From Lachnospiraceae bacterium AD3010 (GTDB taxonomy: Bacteria; Bacillota; Clostridia; Lachnospirales; Lachnospiraceae), in assembly GCA_000622025.1 (NCBI GenBank), contig JHWU01000007.1, positions 81,049 to 145,048 on the forward strand: a stretch of DNA of 64,000 bases, given 5' to 3'. The notes beneath the pieces were generated by a model. That model saw only the letters and a program-made list of their open reading frames with translations. It searched no databases and was not told the origin of the DNA. This document shows, piece by piece, positions 45,049 through 55,915 of the stretch. The stretch's first letter is position 1; each line of letters begins with the position of its first letter. A program made the position numbers and the translations under genes.

Positions 45049-45162
45049 TGTCATCCTGAGGAGTATCACGGGGCACTGACGCGCTCAGCGCGTCAATACG
45101 TGCCCGAAAAATGTCCACTGGACATTTTTCCATCCTGAGGAGCGGTAGCGACGAAGGATCTT
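45049..45162. repeat. Composite intergenic repeat: two copies of the TGTCATCCTGAGG...CGACGAAGGATCTT element flanking two perfect hairpins
   Basis: GGGCACtgacgcgctcagcgcgtcaatacGTGCCC and GAAAAATGTCCactgGGACATTTTTC lie between copies at 45049 and 45131-45162. The region separates the rnhA stop from the start of the next gene. Confidence 0.55.
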
Positions 45163-45279
45163 AAAACTCTTCGCTATCATGTACTATATCGGCAGACACT
45201 CTCTGTAGTTTAGAAGAGGATTGTATTTTTTTAAAAACATTCCATCTGCCAGCAGTCCTGTTAAACCCATACAGCCCTC

Positions 45280-45750
45280 TTAAGTACCTGCTGCCCTGTC
45301 CGCAGCGGCTGTTGCCAGCCTGTCACAGCGCTCATTCTCCTCATGGCCGTTATGGCCCCTGACCCAGGTGAAATGAAGCTCATGTCCTTCGGCGGCCTTT
45401 AATAGCCTCTGCCAGAGATCCACATTCTTTACGGGCTTTTTGTCTGAGCCTCTCCAGTCCTTATTCTGCCAGTTTTCGATCCAGTTTTTGTTAAATGCGT
45501 TCACCACATACTGCGAATCGGAGATGATATTGACGCGGCAGGGCTTAGTCAGTTTTTCAAGTCCGGCAATGACTCCCATTATTTCCATCCTGTTATTTGT
45601 GGTTTCCGGAAAGCCCTCAGAATACTCCCTTTCAAATACCTTCCCCTCATCATTAACATATCTCAATATGGTCCCGTATCCGCCGGGCCCGGGATTTCCC
45701 CTGCTGGAGCCGTCGGAAAATAAAGTAACTTCTGTTATAGTTTCTTCCAT
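45280..45750 (-). CDS. rnhA: Ribonuclease HI
   Basis: 156 aa. TLFSDGSSRGNPGPGGYG...NNRMEIMGVIAGLE...FTWVRGHNGHEENERCDRLA is the canonical RNase H fold, with catalytic residues including DGS and E. Confidence 0.9.
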   Translation of the reverse strand: MEETITEVTLFSDGSSRGNPGPGGYGTILRYVNDEGKVFEREYSEGFPETTNNRMEIMGVIAGLEKLTKPCRVNIISDSQYVVNAFNKNWIENWQNKDWRGSDKKPVKNVDLWQRLLKAAEGHELHFTWVRGHNGHEENERCDRLATAAADRAAGT

Positions 45751-47288
45751 ACTCCCTCCTTCAGGAATGCATCGCTTAATTCAAAAGCCTCATCCGTAAC
45801 CTCACGGTCAAGTCCCATAATTGAAAGAAGCATTATCGCATCCCTGGAATCGGTCCGTCCCTTCCTAATCTCATAGGGGAAGGTGATACCGTTTTCCGTA
45901 ACACTCTCATCAAAATGATAATTTTCATATATGTCTTCCAGGATATATGTAAGAGGCGTATCGTGAGTAGCCGCAAAGCAGAGCCTGGCTCCTGAAAAGC
46001 TTTTCAAGAGTACCGAAAGTGAGGCTATCCTTTCAACCGTGTTTGTACCTTTAAGTACCTCGTCAAGGAATATTGCGCAGTCTGTATCTTTTTTCAGTCT
46101 GTCGGCGATCCGCTTTATGGATCTTATCTCGGTAACATAGAGACTGTCCCCCTTCTCTATACTGTCCCTAAGCGACATTGAGGAAAGGATCTCTACAGGC
46201 ATAAGGGACATTTTCCGGGCGGGAACGGTATAAAGTGTCTGTGCAAGTATAAGTGATATCGCAGCCGCCTTTAGGAAGGTGGATTTTCCGGAGGCGTTTG
46301 ATCCTGTGAGAAGCATAAGAGATACGTTTTCCACGTCACAGGGAACAGGCTCCTGAAGCAGAGGATGGTAGAGTCCCGAAAGCTCTATCCCTCCCTCATC
46401 TTTAAATTCGGGCTCGCAGTAGTATCTTAAATCGTCCTTCAGAAGCGACAGAGCTGTCATGGAATCCAGAAATCCCGTAACCTCGAAAAGCTCATATACT
46501 GCTTCACGGTTTTCCTTATAATTATCAAGTATCAGATCAAACTTGATCAAATCTATATGAAAAAAAATCCTGATGAAATCCAGAGGCAGCTCCAGAAAGC
46601 CTCCCGTCAAACGTTTTCCGCTTAAGATTATCCAGGCATTCCTGTCTATCCCCCGTAAAGAGTTCAGCGCGGCTTCAAGCCGTGAATCATACTCACAGAG
46701 ATCCTTCGAAGCAATGCCGATAAGCCTCCTGCATTCCCTTATCTCCCTTATAAGATACCTGATAACAGGGATAAACTTTTCTATCTCGGCCTTACGCCTG
46801 AAATATCCGGTGACATTAAAAAGTGCTGCGGCAATAAAGAGAATAAAGCCGGCGAAGGGGTAGACAAAAATAAAGAAAAGTGAGACCGCCCCAAGCAGAA
46901 ATGAGGCAAAATGCAGTAAAATGCTGTCTCTTCGTACACTCTCAAGCTTTTTAAGCATCTCATGAAAGCCGGAGCTTATATCCTCATCCGTTTCGAAGGC
47001 TTTCCGGTATTTATCACGAAGAGCCCTGTCAGTCCTGAACAGCTCGGAAACTCTGCCCCTCTCCTTAAGCTTCTTAAGATCGTCTTTTAAAACAAGAGGA
47101 CGGCGGAGCATATCATAAAAATACTCTCCGCCGTTTTGTGAGCAGGTGTTATTATACTTCTTAAAAAAGAGATCCATCTCCAGATCGTTCCAGGTTATGT
47201 CATCAATACAGGCAGAATCATCTTCTTCCGTCTTTGAATAAAAGTACCTCTTCAGTACCTCATATTCATCCCCGCTGAGTTTATGCAA
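45735..47288 (-). CDS. MutS domain V (ABC-ATPase) family protein with N-terminal transmembrane helices (MutS-related, non-mismatch-repair)
   Basis: 517 aa. Walker A LLTGSNASGKSTFLKAAA. MutS domain V signature context (TEIRSIKRI...FLDEVLKGTNTVERIA). Two N-terminal hydrophobic helices. Confidence 0.75.
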   Translation of the reverse strand: MHKLSGDEYEVLKRYFYSKTEEDDSACIDDITWNDLEMDLFFKKYNNTCSQNGGEYFYDMLRRPLVLKDDLKKLKERGRVSELFRTDRALRDKYRKAFETDEDISSGFHEMLKKLESVRRDSILLHFASFLLGAVSLFFIFVYPFAGFILFIAAALFNVTGYFRRKAEIEKFIPVIRYLIREIRECRRLIGIASKDLCEYDSRLEAALNSLRGIDRNAWIILSGKRLTGGFLELPLDFIRIFFHIDLIKFDLILDNYKENREAVYELFEVTGFLDSMTALSLLKDDLRYYCEPEFKDEGGIELSGLYHPLLQEPVPCDVENVSLMLLTGSNASGKSTFLKAAAISLILAQTLYTVPARKMSLMPVEILSSMSLRDSIEKGDSLYVTEIRSIKRIADRLKKDTDCAIFLDEVLKGTNTVERIASLSVLLKSFSGARLCFAATHDTPLTYILEDIYENYHFDESVTENGITFPYEIRKGRTDSRDAIMLLSIMGLDREVTDEAFELSDAFLKEGVWKKL

Positions 47289-48600
47289 ATGAGATCTCCC
47301 TGTTTATCCGGTCTACGGTCTTTTTCACCTCTTTATAAATATCTTCCTTTTTGAAGCCGATATTATACTCTCCGTCCTCGTATCTTATGACTCCGTCAAC
47401 CATGGTAAGATATACATTCTGTTTCGAGCCCGAATATACTATATTTTTAACAATATTATTCTCAGGCTGCATATTGGGACAGGACAGATCCAGAACAACG
47501 ATATCCGCCTTTTTTCCGGCCTTAAGGCTGTCACACTCCGGTGTCCCGATGGCCTTTGCTCCGTCTGAGCAGGCTATCCTCAAAACCTCGGAGGCATCAA
47601 CTTTAGCGGCATCATTTTCCCTGAGCTTTGCAAGAGCCGACGTTAAAAACATCTCCCTGAACATATCAAGACAGTTATTGCTGGCCGGCCCGTCGGTTCC
47701 TATTCCGAGGAGTATACCCTCCTTAAGGTACCTGTCTATCGGGGCTATTCCGCTTGAAAGCTTTAGATTTGAAGCGGGATTGGTAATAACTGCAATATTT
47801 CTTTTTTTTATGATCTCAATATCATTATCGGAAACATGAACCCCGTGAAAGAATACCCCGCCATAGTCAAAGAGCTTAAGTGAATCCAGATATTCAACCG
47901 GAGAAAGGCCGCCATGTCTCTCCCTGCAGCCCTGTACCTCAGGCTCGGTTTCAGACATATGAAGGTAAAGCGGAGCCTTCAGCTCCTGAACAATATCTGA
48001 TGTTATTTTTAAAAGCTCCTCCGAGCAGGTATATTCCGCATGTATTCCGATCCTGAAGGAGCTAAGGTCACTTCCCTTATTTAATCTGTCGTACCAGTCC
48101 CTGAGCTTTTCGGGGCTCTGGGAAAAATTGTTCATGCAGCCGCACTGAACGCAGCGGATCCCCGAGTCCAGGACAGCCCTGTCAATGGAGTCCGGAGTTA
48201 AATACATATCGCAGATCTCCGTTGTCCCGCCGCTTAAGTACTCCATTACGGCAAGGATCGTTGCATAGTAGATATCTTCCTCGGTAAGAAGGGCTTCCCT
48301 TGGGAATATCTGCTTATTAAGCCACTCATCAAGCTTCAGGTCATCGGCGGCAGAACGTAAAAAGGTCATGCCCGAATGTGTATGACAGTTCTTGAAGCCC
48401 GGCATTATAAGCTTCCCATTCAGGTCGATCTTTCTGTCAAAATCAATCCCCCGCAGGCTGTCATCATAGCCCGGGTCCGTCTTCTTTCCGGCAAAAGCAA
48501 TGCTGCTGCCAAGAACAGCAACTTCAGCATCATCAATTATCTCATACGGATCCTCACCCCCAAAGGACAGGAGCTTTCCGTTAAAAAATAAAGTATTCAT
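47281..48600 (-). CDS. Amidohydrolase family deaminase, MtaD-like 5-methylthioadenosine/S-adenosylhomocysteine deaminase
   Basis: 439 aa. Metal-binding HTHSGM near the N-terminus (PGFKNCHTHSGMTFLRSAADD). HxH...H...D pattern of amidohydrolase_1. Size fits MtaD. Confidence 0.7.
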   Translation of the reverse strand: MNTLFFNGKLLSFGGEDPYEIIDDAEVAVLGSSIAFAGKKTDPGYDDSLRGIDFDRKIDLNGKLIMPGFKNCHTHSGMTFLRSAADDLKLDEWLNKQIFPREALLTEEDIYYATILAVMEYLSGGTTEICDMYLTPDSIDRAVLDSGIRCVQCGCMNNFSQSPEKLRDWYDRLNKGSDLSSFRIGIHAEYTCSEELLKITSDIVQELKAPLYLHMSETEPEVQGCRERHGGLSPVEYLDSLKLFDYGGVFFHGVHVSDNDIEIIKKRNIAVITNPASNLKLSSGIAPIDRYLKEGILLGIGTDGPASNNCLDMFREMFLTSALAKLRENDAAKVDASEVLRIACSDGAKAIGTPECDSLKAGKKADIVVLDLSCPNMQPENNIVKNIVYSGSKQNVYLTMVDGVIRYEDGEYNIGFKKEDIYKEVKKTVDRINREISFA

Positions 48601-49427
48601 ATACTAAACTCTTTTATGGAATCAATGACAAGCTCCTTAAACCTGGGAGCTGCCTTTTCACCTGCTTCAAGAACCTCTTCCTCCGTAAGCTTATGCTCTG
48701 AGATACCGGCAGCGAGATTTGCGATGCAGGAAACGGCAACCACCCTCATGCCGGCGTGATGTGCCGCAATCGCTTCAACGACGGTGCTCATTCCCACAGC
48801 ATCGGCTCCCATATTCTTAAACATCCTGATCTCGGCGGGAGACTCATAGGAAGGCCCGGTGGTCTGGATATAAACTCCCTCCTTAAGGTCAATGCCCGCT
48901 TCCTTTGCCCTGGAACGAACCACATCATTGAGCTCGGGATCATAAACAAAGGACATATCGGGGAATCTCACCCCAAACTCCGGGATATTGGGCCCGATAA
49001 GGGGATTTGGAACAAAGGAAGAAATATGCCCCGTCATAAGCATAAAATCACCGGCCTTAAAGTCCGGATTGATCCCGCCGGAAGCATTGGTGAGAAAGAG
49101 TATCTTCGCACCCATAAGCTTCATCAGCCTGGCAGGTAAAACAACATCTGTTATCGGATATCCCTCATAGTAATGGATCCTGCCCTTCATACAGATGATA
49201 TTCTTTCCGCCGAGAGTCCCGAAAATAAACTGTCCCGCATGGCCCGGAGCCGTGGAGACGGGAAAGCCCTCGATGTCCTTATAATCAATAACACCCTTTA
49301 CTTCGATATTGTCGGCAAAATCACCGAGACCGGATCCGAGAACCAGTGCGATATCCGGCTGAAAATCCGTTTTCCTCCTGATATCTTCGTAGCATTTTTT
49401 TATCTTTTCATATACCGCATCAGCCAT
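48597..49427 (-). CDS. Purine nucleoside phosphorylase (PNP/MTAP family, trimeric type)
   Basis: 276 aa. VSTAPGHAGQFIFGTLGGKNIICMKGRIHYYEGY matches the PNP-I phosphate/ribose-binding block. It overlaps the upstream gene by 4 nt. Confidence 0.85.
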   Translation of the reverse strand: MADAVYEKIKKCYEDIRRKTDFQPDIALVLGSGLGDFADNIEVKGVIDYKDIEGFPVSTAPGHAGQFIFGTLGGKNIICMKGRIHYYEGYPITDVVLPARLMKLMGAKILFLTNASGGINPDFKAGDFMLMTGHISSFVPNPLIGPNIPEFGVRFPDMSFVYDPELNDVVRSRAKEAGIDLKEGVYIQTTGPSYESPAEIRMFKNMGADAVGMSTVVEAIAAHHAGMRVVAVSCIANLAAGISEHKLTEEEVLEAGEKAAPRFKELVIDSIKEFSI

Positions 49428-49434
49428 AACGTTT

Positions 49435-49668
49435 TCAGCTCTCCTTTATATTCTCTTTTTCAAGTATGGAGAAGGCCAGCTCCTTTTGATTGTCATTAAT
49501 AAAAATGACACAGATCTCCTTCGCCCCGTCATACTCACGCCTTTTGAAAAACGGGATCCTTTCCCACTTTTCAAGATATGATATACCGGCATTGACAAGA
49601 CGCCTCACAAGGACATCCTTCTTTTCCATATCAACTGTTCTTATTAGTTCGATCTCGTTATTTACCAT
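49435..49668 (-). CDS. Small hypothetical protein (77 aa), possibly DUF2007-like
   Basis: ORF with plausible start. Weak resemblance to small signal-transduction-like DUF2007 proteins. Confidence 0.3.
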   Translation of the reverse strand: MVNNEIELIRTVDMEKKDVLVRRLVNAGISYLEKWERIPFFKRREYDGAKEICVIFINDNQKELAFSILEKENIKES

Positions 49669-49712
49669 ACCAAGTATTATCCTGCGTACCCCATTGCAAA
49701 AACGTCAGTCCC

Positions 49713-49748
49713 TGTCATCCTGAGCTTCAGCGAAGGATCTTCTCAGGA
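49713..49748. repeat. Copy of the dispersed palindromic element (TGTCATCCTGAGCTTCAGCGAAGGATCTTCTCAGGA)
   Basis: Same terminal motifs as the other copies. It lies between the small ORF start and the L,D-transpeptidase stop. Confidence 0.45.
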
Positions 49749-50573
49749 ATGTACCCACACAGGATAACCCACAGGGACCGTCTCATAGAGAGGCGGCATT
49801 AGTGAAGGAGGAACATTTATACAGCCGTGTGAACCGCCGGTCTTATATATATTCCCGCCGAAATTGCTTCTCCAGGAAGCATCATGGATTCCCACATTAT
49901 TCACTATTCTCATCCAATAGTGTACGAAAGACTCATAATCCTCACCCTTCAGGGTCCTGTCCAGCTGCTTATACTGTACGGAGAACAGTCCCTCGGGTGT
50001 ATTGTGCCCCGCTCTCACATTTCCGGTAACAACAGGAACCGCGTAGGTGGCGATCCCGTTCTGGAAAAGAGTGAGTGTCTGGGTGCTGATATTGATATCA
50101 ATATAGTTTCCGCCGCCTATATCCATATTGACCGGAGTTGAAATAACACCCGTATTTTCCTGTGGTTCCTCCGCTGTAGGCTGAACTAAAGCAGGAAGGT
50201 TCTGGGGAAGCGCAGCATCCAGTGATGTGACTGCTATATACTGAGGCACATGATTACCGGGAAGGGCCGCGCCGCTTATAACAGCGGTAAGATAAGCGGC
50301 CTCCGCCCCCTGATCTATCTGCGCATAAGCGGTACTGTATTTTTCAGCCAGTGCCGATACATAAACATTGATGATAGCCGGATTCTGCCTGAAAAGATCC
50401 AGTGTGGCAGCATCAATTGAAAGGACCTCCGGCTGTCCATCCGGGATATCAAAGCCGGTAAACACATAGTTTACGCTTTCTCCCTCGGCCCTTGCCTCCT
50501 GCTCACACGTAAGCGGAATAAGCAGGAATGCCATCATCAATACAATGGCAATTTTTGTTATAAGCTGTTTCAT
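49743..50573 (-). CDS. L,D-transpeptidase (YkuD family) with signal peptide
   Basis: 276 aa. Catalytic domain HNTPEGLFSVQYK...GIHDASWRSNFGG...SHGCINVP matches the conserved H...S-H-G-C motif. N-terminal signal peptide KIAIVLMMAFLLIPLT. Confidence 0.8.
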   Translation of the reverse strand: MKQLITKIAIVLMMAFLLIPLTCEQEARAEGESVNYVFTGFDIPDGQPEVLSIDAATLDLFRQNPAIINVYVSALAEKYSTAYAQIDQGAEAAYLTAVISGAALPGNHVPQYIAVTSLDAALPQNLPALVQPTAEEPQENTGVISTPVNMDIGGGNYIDINISTQTLTLFQNGIATYAVPVVTGNVRAGHNTPEGLFSVQYKQLDRTLKGEDYESFVHYWMRIVNNVGIHDASWRSNFGGNIYKTGGSHGCINVPPSLMPPLYETVPVGYPVWVHS

Positions 50574-50599
50574 ATTCTCCTCCTGACCCTCATATACAT

Positions 50600-51196
50600 T
50601 TATGACTTTTTTATAACCCTGAATGTGGGTTCATTATCCTCCTCGTCATCATCGTCATCGTCATCGTCAAATAAAAGCTCATCATCATCATCCGTATCCG
50701 ATCCTTGAGGCTGTCCGAAACGGCCTCCTCTGTCTCCCCATCCGGATACTGATTTTTCATTATCATAATTCCCGTAACCCTGTGCAATGCCTCCGCTTAC
50801 TCCTGAGTACGACGCTATACTCATTCTCTTTTCTATCCGCTTTTTCTTAAGCTTTGCGGCCTCATGACCCGATATCACGGCAATCATCCCGATAATAAGA
50901 ACAGCAGCCGGTATCTCGATTGCAGCCCTTAATACCGCATGATCTAAGTCTCCCGTAGCCCTGATATAGAGATATGCCTGCAGCAGTATCCCGGCTATTG
51001 TAGCTATTAAGAGATTTCCGCACCATAGATACGCGCTCTTTCTCCCCTCCGAAAAAACGGTATCCAGAAAAGCAATGCCCATGGTAATGGGGAAGATCAA
51101 AAGTGCACTCATCTCCTCCAGCCTGTATAGGAACATCCAGGCAAAGATCAGTATATAATTCAGTGTCAGCAGAAAAAGAGTTTTTCTAATTGTCAC
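50600..51196 (-). CDS. Hypothetical membrane protein with poly-acidic C-terminal tail
   Basis: 198 aa. Four hydrophobic helices. C-terminus [23 protein letters not shown]. The start overlaps the leuS stop by 4 nt. Confidence 0.4.
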   Translation of the reverse strand: MTIRKTLFLLTLNYILIFAWMFLYRLEEMSALLIFPITMGIAFLDTVFSEGRKSAYLWCGNLLIATIAGILLQAYLYIRATGDLDHAVLRAAIEIPAAVLIIGMIAVISGHEAAKLKKKRIEKRMSIASYSGVSGGIAQGYGNYDNEKSVSGWGDRGGRFGQPQGSDTDDDDELLFDDDDDDDDEEDNEPTFRVIKKS

Positions 51197-53595
51197 TTTA
51201 CTACCAGATTAACGATCTTTCCGGGAACATAGATCTCCTTGACAATATTCCCGTCAAGCCTGTCCTTTACCGCTTCCTTCGCCGCGTTAAGCACCTCGTC
51301 CTTTGAAGCATCCGCGGAAACACTAACTGTTCCGCGCACCTTTCCGTTGACCTGGATAGGAACCTCTATGGTATCCTCCTTCATTGCAGACTTGTCTGCC
51401 TTAGGCCAGGCTGCCTTAAATACGGATTCGCTGTGCCCAAGCTGCGCCCAGAGCTCTTCTGCCATATGGGGTGCAAAGGGGGCAAGTAAGATAACATATG
51501 TTTCTAATGTCTCCCTGTCAACGCCGTCAAGCTTTGCAAGGGCATTATTGAACTCCATAAAGCCCGAAACCACCGTGTTAAGTGAAAAGCTTTCAAGCCT
51601 TGTAGTTATGGTATCAATAAGCTTATGCCTTATACGTAGGAGCTCCTGAGAGGCAGGTACAGCCCTGTCCTTATTGTCCATGACCAGATTCCAGAGCTTT
51701 ATCAGGAATCTGTAGACTCCGTCTATTCCTCTGTCATCCCAGGCGCTGTCCTGCTGAGGCGGTCCGATGAAGAGCTCGTAGAGCCTCAGTGAATCGCAGC
51801 CGTAATCCCTTATCATATCGTCAGGGCTAATAACATTACCCAGTGACTTACTCATCTTTATGCCCTTCGGTCCAAGCACCATTCCCTGGTTAAAGAGCTT
51901 TAAGAAGGGCTCTTCAAAGCCCACTACTCCTATATCGTAAAGGAACTTTGTCCAAAATCTCGAGTAAAGGAGGTGGAGGACTGCATGCTCCACACCTCCA
52001 ATATACATATCAACAGGCAGGAATTTATCTGCCTTTTCACGGCTTACCAGTGCCTCTTTATTCTTCACATCCACATAACGTAAGAAGTACCAGGAGGAGC
52101 CTGCCCACTGTGGCATGGTATTTGTCTCCCTCTTTGCGTCATGTCCGCACTTCGGACACTTGCAGTTTACCCAGGAATCAATGGCTGCAAGAGGCGATTC
52201 TCCGGTGTCAGTAGGCTGGTATGATTCCACCTCCGGCAGAAGCACCGGAAGCTCTTCCTCTGGCACAGGAACCGCACCGCAGTCAGGGCAGTGGATAATG
52301 GGAATAGGCTCTCCCCAGTATCTCTGCCTTGAAAAGACCCAGTCACGGATCTTGAAGTTCTTTTTAGCCCGTCCGAAGCCCTTTTCTTCCACGATATGCG
52401 GTGCCTTCACCTTAAGCTCGGCAGATTCCATACCGTTCCAGTCACCTGAATTGATCATGGTACCGCTGGCCTCGGTGTAGGCCTCTTCCATATTCTCTAT
52501 TTCTTTCCCGTCCTTCGCAATTACCTGAATGATCGGAAGATCGAATTTCTTAGCAAAGGCAAAGTCACGGTCGTCATGTGCGGGAACGCACATGATAGCA
52601 CCTGTTCCGTAATCCGCCAGAACGTAGTCGGAAAGCCATATGGGAACCTTTGCCCCATTCAGGGGATTAATGCAGTAGGAGCCTGTGAAAACACCTGTTT
52701 TTTCTTTGCCCTGCAGCCTGTCCACATTGGACTTATTTGCTGAATCGGCAATGTACTTCTCCACATCCGCTCTTTTGTCCGGAGTTGCAAGACCGAGGGA
52801 AAGCTCATGCTCCGGTGCCAGAACCATAAAGGTTGCCCCGTATAAGGTGTCCGGTCTTGTGGTATATACCGTTACCGCATCATCCCTTCCGTCAATCTTA
52901 AAATCAACCTCGGCTCCGTAGGATCTTCCGATCCAGTCGGTCTGCATCTTCTTAACCTTCTCAGGCCAGTCAAGTCCGTCGAGTCCCTCCAAAAGCCTGT
53001 CTGCATACTCGGTGATCTTCAGCATCCACTGGCGGAGGTTCTTCTTTGTAACGTCACTGTGGCAGCGCTCACACTTTCCGTCAACCACCTCTTCATTTGC
53101 GAGAACCGCACGGCAGTGAGGACACCAGTTAAGAGGCATCTCCTTCTCGTATGCGAGCCCCTTCTTAAAGAGCTGTACAAAGATCCACTGGGTCCATCTG
53201 TAGAATTCCGGGTCCGTTGTATCAAGCTCCATATTCCAGTCGTAGATCGCTCCTATCTGCTTTACCTGGCGCTTGATATTCCTTATATTCTCAGCCGTCG
53301 AGATCCTGGGGTGCTGTCCTGTCTGTATGGCATAATTCTCCGCAGGAAGGCCGAAAGCGTCCCAGCCCATGGGATGCACGATATAGTAGCCGTTCATCAT
53401 CTTGTAACGGCTCCATACATCACTTATCACATAGCCTCTCCAATGTCCGACATGGAGACCCGCCCCCGAAGGATATGGAAACATATCCAGACAGTAATAC
53501 TTCGGCTTTTTGCCGTCATCAGTATTTACGGGATGCTCCTCCCAGATCTTTGTCCACTTATCTTCTATTTCCGTATGGTTATAATTCACCGACAT
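51193..53595 (-). CDS. leuS: Leucyl-tRNA synthetase
   Basis: HIGH motif in [21 protein letters not shown] present ([11 protein letters not shown]). Start ATG at 53595 (MSVNYNH) has AAGGAGAG upstream. The ORF track extends to 53628 without an RBS. Confidence 0.95.
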   Translation of the reverse strand: MSVNYNHTEIEDKWTKIWEEHPVNTDDGKKPKYYCLDMFPYPSGAGLHVGHWRGYVISDVWSRYKMMNGYYIVHPMGWDAFGLPAENYAIQTGQHPRISTAENIRNIKRQVKQIGAIYDWNMELDTTDPEFYRWTQWIFVQLFKKGLAYEKEMPLNWCPHCRAVLANEEVVDGKCERCHSDVTKKNLRQWMLKITEYADRLLEGLDGLDWPEKVKKMQTDWIGRSYGAEVDFKIDGRDDAVTVYTTRPDTLYGATFMVLAPEHELSLGLATPDKRADVEKYIADSANKSNVDRLQGKEKTGVFTGSYCINPLNGAKVPIWLSDYVLADYGTGAIMCVPAHDDRDFAFAKKFDLPIIQVIAKDGKEIENMEEAYTEASGTMINSGDWNGMESAELKVKAPHIVEEKGFGRAKKNFKIRDWVFSRQRYWGEPIPIIHCPDCGAVPVPEEELPVLLPEVESYQPTDTGESPLAAIDSWVNCKCPKCGHDAKRETNTMPQWAGSSWYFLRYVDVKNKEALVSREKADKFLPVDMYIGGVEHAVLHLLYSRFWTKFLYDIGVVGFEEPFLKLFNQGMVLGPKGIKMSKSLGNVISPDDMIRDYGCDSLRLYELFIGPPQQDSAWDDRGIDGVYRFLIKLWNLVMDNKDRAVPASQELLRIRHKLIDTITTRLESFSLNTVVSGFMEFNNALAKLDGVDRETLETYVILLAPFAPHMAEELWAQLGHSESVFKAAWPKADKSAMKEDTIEVPIQVNGKVRGTVSVSADASKDEVLNAAKEAVKDRLDGNIVKEIYVPGKIVNLVVK

Positions 53596-53761
53596 CTTCG
53601 ATACTCTCCTTAAAATCAGTATTAACAAGTTTAATGTTCATGCTAATAAAAGTCAAGCGCATGCGTTTTCCCGGGTATTGTCTTTATGGGATGTTTTTTC
53701 GTATAATCAATCAGGTTAGCAAGACAGATTCTTTAAGATAATTCATCAGGAAGGAGAAACA

Positions 53762-54343
53762 ATGGACAATTTTAACGAAGAAACATTGGGACTGATAATG
53801 GTATTTGGCGGATTTCTGGCGGTATTTTTTATAATATGGCTGGTATTCTACCTCATAGATGCCATTGCAAGATATCGCTATCTGAAGGTCAGGAGCTATG
53901 ATAATGCCTGGATGGCCTTTATACCAATAGTGAATATCTGGGCTTCTGTGGAAGCGACCTACGGAAATACGGAAAAAATAACCATATACGGTTGGAATGC
54001 ACCCGCGATAGTTATGAAGCTCTGGCCCGTTGTATGCTATATCCTTGGAACGCTGATCAATTTTCTTCCCGTTGCCGGCAGTATGCTAAGCCTTATTCTC
54101 TCTGTTCTGAATATCATAGTTCTGATCATGCTGTTTAAGGACATGATGGAAAGGCTGGAAAACCCCCAGGAAGGATTTCTGGCAGTGCTCGCAGTAATAA
54201 TACCCGTTATTTCATCCGCAGTTATCATTGACGGAACAAGGAAATTCAATGACGGTGACCAGAACTGGAAGGAAGACAGCCGGATACTGAAATCTCAGAC
54301 TGAAACAAACGGTCCCCTCTCCTTTATGAACGGCAGTCACTGA
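53762..54343 (+). CDS. Hypothetical membrane protein
   Basis: 193 aa with 4-5 hydrophobic helices. AGGAAGGAGAAACA RBS. Candidate promoter TTGTCT-18-TATAAT at 53672-53708. Confidence 0.5.
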   Translation: MDNFNEETLGLIMVFGGFLAVFFIIWLVFYLIDAIARYRYLKVRSYDNAWMAFIPIVNIWASVEATYGNTEKITIYGWNAPAIVMKLWPVVCYILGTLINFLPVAGSMLSLILSVLNIIVLIMLFKDMMERLENPQEGFLAVLAVIIPVISSAVIIDGTRKFNDGDQNWKEDSRILKSQTETNGPLSFMNGSH

Positions 54344-54387
54344 TAAGCTTACGGGACGGAGCTGTACGCCCCTCATTCCGGGATAAC

Positions 54388-55884
54388 TCATTCAAACAGC
54401 CGGTACAGCTCCTCTCCCTCATTATCCGCGACCAGCTCATAATTCGAATAGACGTAGTCCTTTACGTCCTCGTCATCAAAATCCCACATACGCTCACATA
54501 TGATCCACTTCGGGGGTTCAAAGCGGAGCTTATTCATAACATCAGTTTTTATGCGCGGATCGAGATGGAGGAAGTAGGGCAGATTCACCGGGTACTTATT
54601 TGTAGGCAGCGCCTGGTTTACCTCATAGTAGATCATTCCAGATTCAAGATTATAGATATCATCCCTTTCCCACTCCGGAACCAGTTCATATATCTCCCGG
54701 CAGGCAAGGACCTGGCTCTTCCCTGTTTCCTCATTGAAAATCATAATGTTTTCCTTGATCTTATCCACAGTCAGATCCCGGTAGCCAATTATAATGGTTG
54801 TTATTGCAAGAAATATTGCAAAATTTCTGACATCAGGCTTGAAAACAGACTTTCCCGATTTGATATCATTTGATATTCTTCCAACATCATCCTTCAGGAT
54901 ATAGATAAGCATTACGGTGAATACCGGCATCTGGGTAAGAAAGTAATAGAGATAGGGAGTTCCGAAATGAAGAGACAGAAATTGTATCACTGAGAGGATC
55001 AACAGATATATTTTTCTGTCCTTTTCCTCCCCGTCCTCCGGCTTCATACACAGGCCGTAAAATAAAGCCGCATAGCAGATAAGGAGATTACTCTCCCACT
55101 CAAAGGAAAATGGCTCGTAGTAATCCGTGGAGCGCCTGAACGCGAAAAGAAAGGCACAGTACAGGAAGTCCTTTACCGCTCCGTTTGCAATGAAATATAT
55201 GAAAACCGGAACCGATACGATGAGCAGTCCTTTCAGAAAAGAGAGTGCACAGTCCCTGATAGCCTTATAATCCTTCTCTTTAATAAGAATAATAAGAACG
55301 GTGAGTACCGAGGAAATAATAACCGCGGAAAGGGTAACCTTAGAATAGAGAAAGACTCCGAAGCCAATACCCATTATGAGAGCAGAGCGTTCTTTTGAAA
55401 AAAACGCTTTCTCCCTGTTTTTTATGTAATCCAGGGTAAGATATACCGCCCCGAAGGAAAGTGGCTGGAAAAGCTCTTCCACCGTATTTCCTCCCCAGAT
55501 CAGGGCATATGCCACAAAATAATATAAAAGAAGTACAGCCACGGACAGTAAGCGGTTCAGAAACAGTCTGGCCGTGATCCATAGCAGCACCACAGTAAGA
55601 ACAACGGATATGCACTGAATAAGAAAGATCCCCGGCCTGTTCCTTATGATCAGCTGCCCCAGAGCCTCATAAAAAAAGAATACAGGTCCCTTAAGGTCAA
55701 AGTAATCCCTGTAAGGAACACAGCCTTCTGTTATGGCCCTCCCCATAAGTGCATACCAGGAGGAGTCATATCCGTAGGCATAGGGGTAGAGGGGGCTTGT
55801 CCAGCTGGAGCACTGGAAAATATAGAGTATCCCCGAAACCGCCACAAGGAAGTATTCAATTATAGTTTGCTTTAATCTGCTCAT
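54388..55884 (-). CDS. Polytopic integral membrane protein (498 aa), possibly glycosyltransferase-39/YfhO-like
   Basis: Ten or more hydrophobic helices. The N-terminal motif region is rich in aromatic residues. Functional assignment is weak. Confidence 0.4.
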   Translation of the reverse strand: MSRLKQTIIEYFLVAVSGILYIFQCSSWTSPLYPYAYGYDSSWYALMGRAITEGCVPYRDYFDLKGPVFFFYEALGQLIIRNRPGIFLIQCISVVLTVVLLWITARLFLNRLLSVAVLLLYYFVAYALIWGGNTVEELFQPLSFGAVYLTLDYIKNREKAFFSKERSALIMGIGFGVFLYSKVTLSAVIISSVLTVLIILIKEKDYKAIRDCALSFLKGLLIVSVPVFIYFIANGAVKDFLYCAFLFAFRRSTDYYEPFSFEWESNLLICYAALFYGLCMKPEDGEEKDRKIYLLILSVIQFLSLHFGTPYLYYFLTQMPVFTVMLIYILKDDVGRISNDIKSGKSVFKPDVRNFAIFLAITTIIIGYRDLTVDKIKENIMIFNEETGKSQVLACREIYELVPEWERDDIYNLESGMIYYEVNQALPTNKYPVNLPYFLHLDPRIKTDVMNKLRFEPPKWIICERMWDFDDEDVKDYVYSNYELVADNEGEELYRLFE

Positions 55885-55915
55885 ATTATGATCAGGACAC
55901 CAAAAGTCACAAAAA

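Noticed and set aside
53596-53761. T-box leader upstream of leuS
   Set aside because: The intergenic space to the divergent gene is only about 165 nt and shows a plain TTGACT-17-TAAACT promoter. There is no specifier/T-box sequence and it is too short for a T-box.
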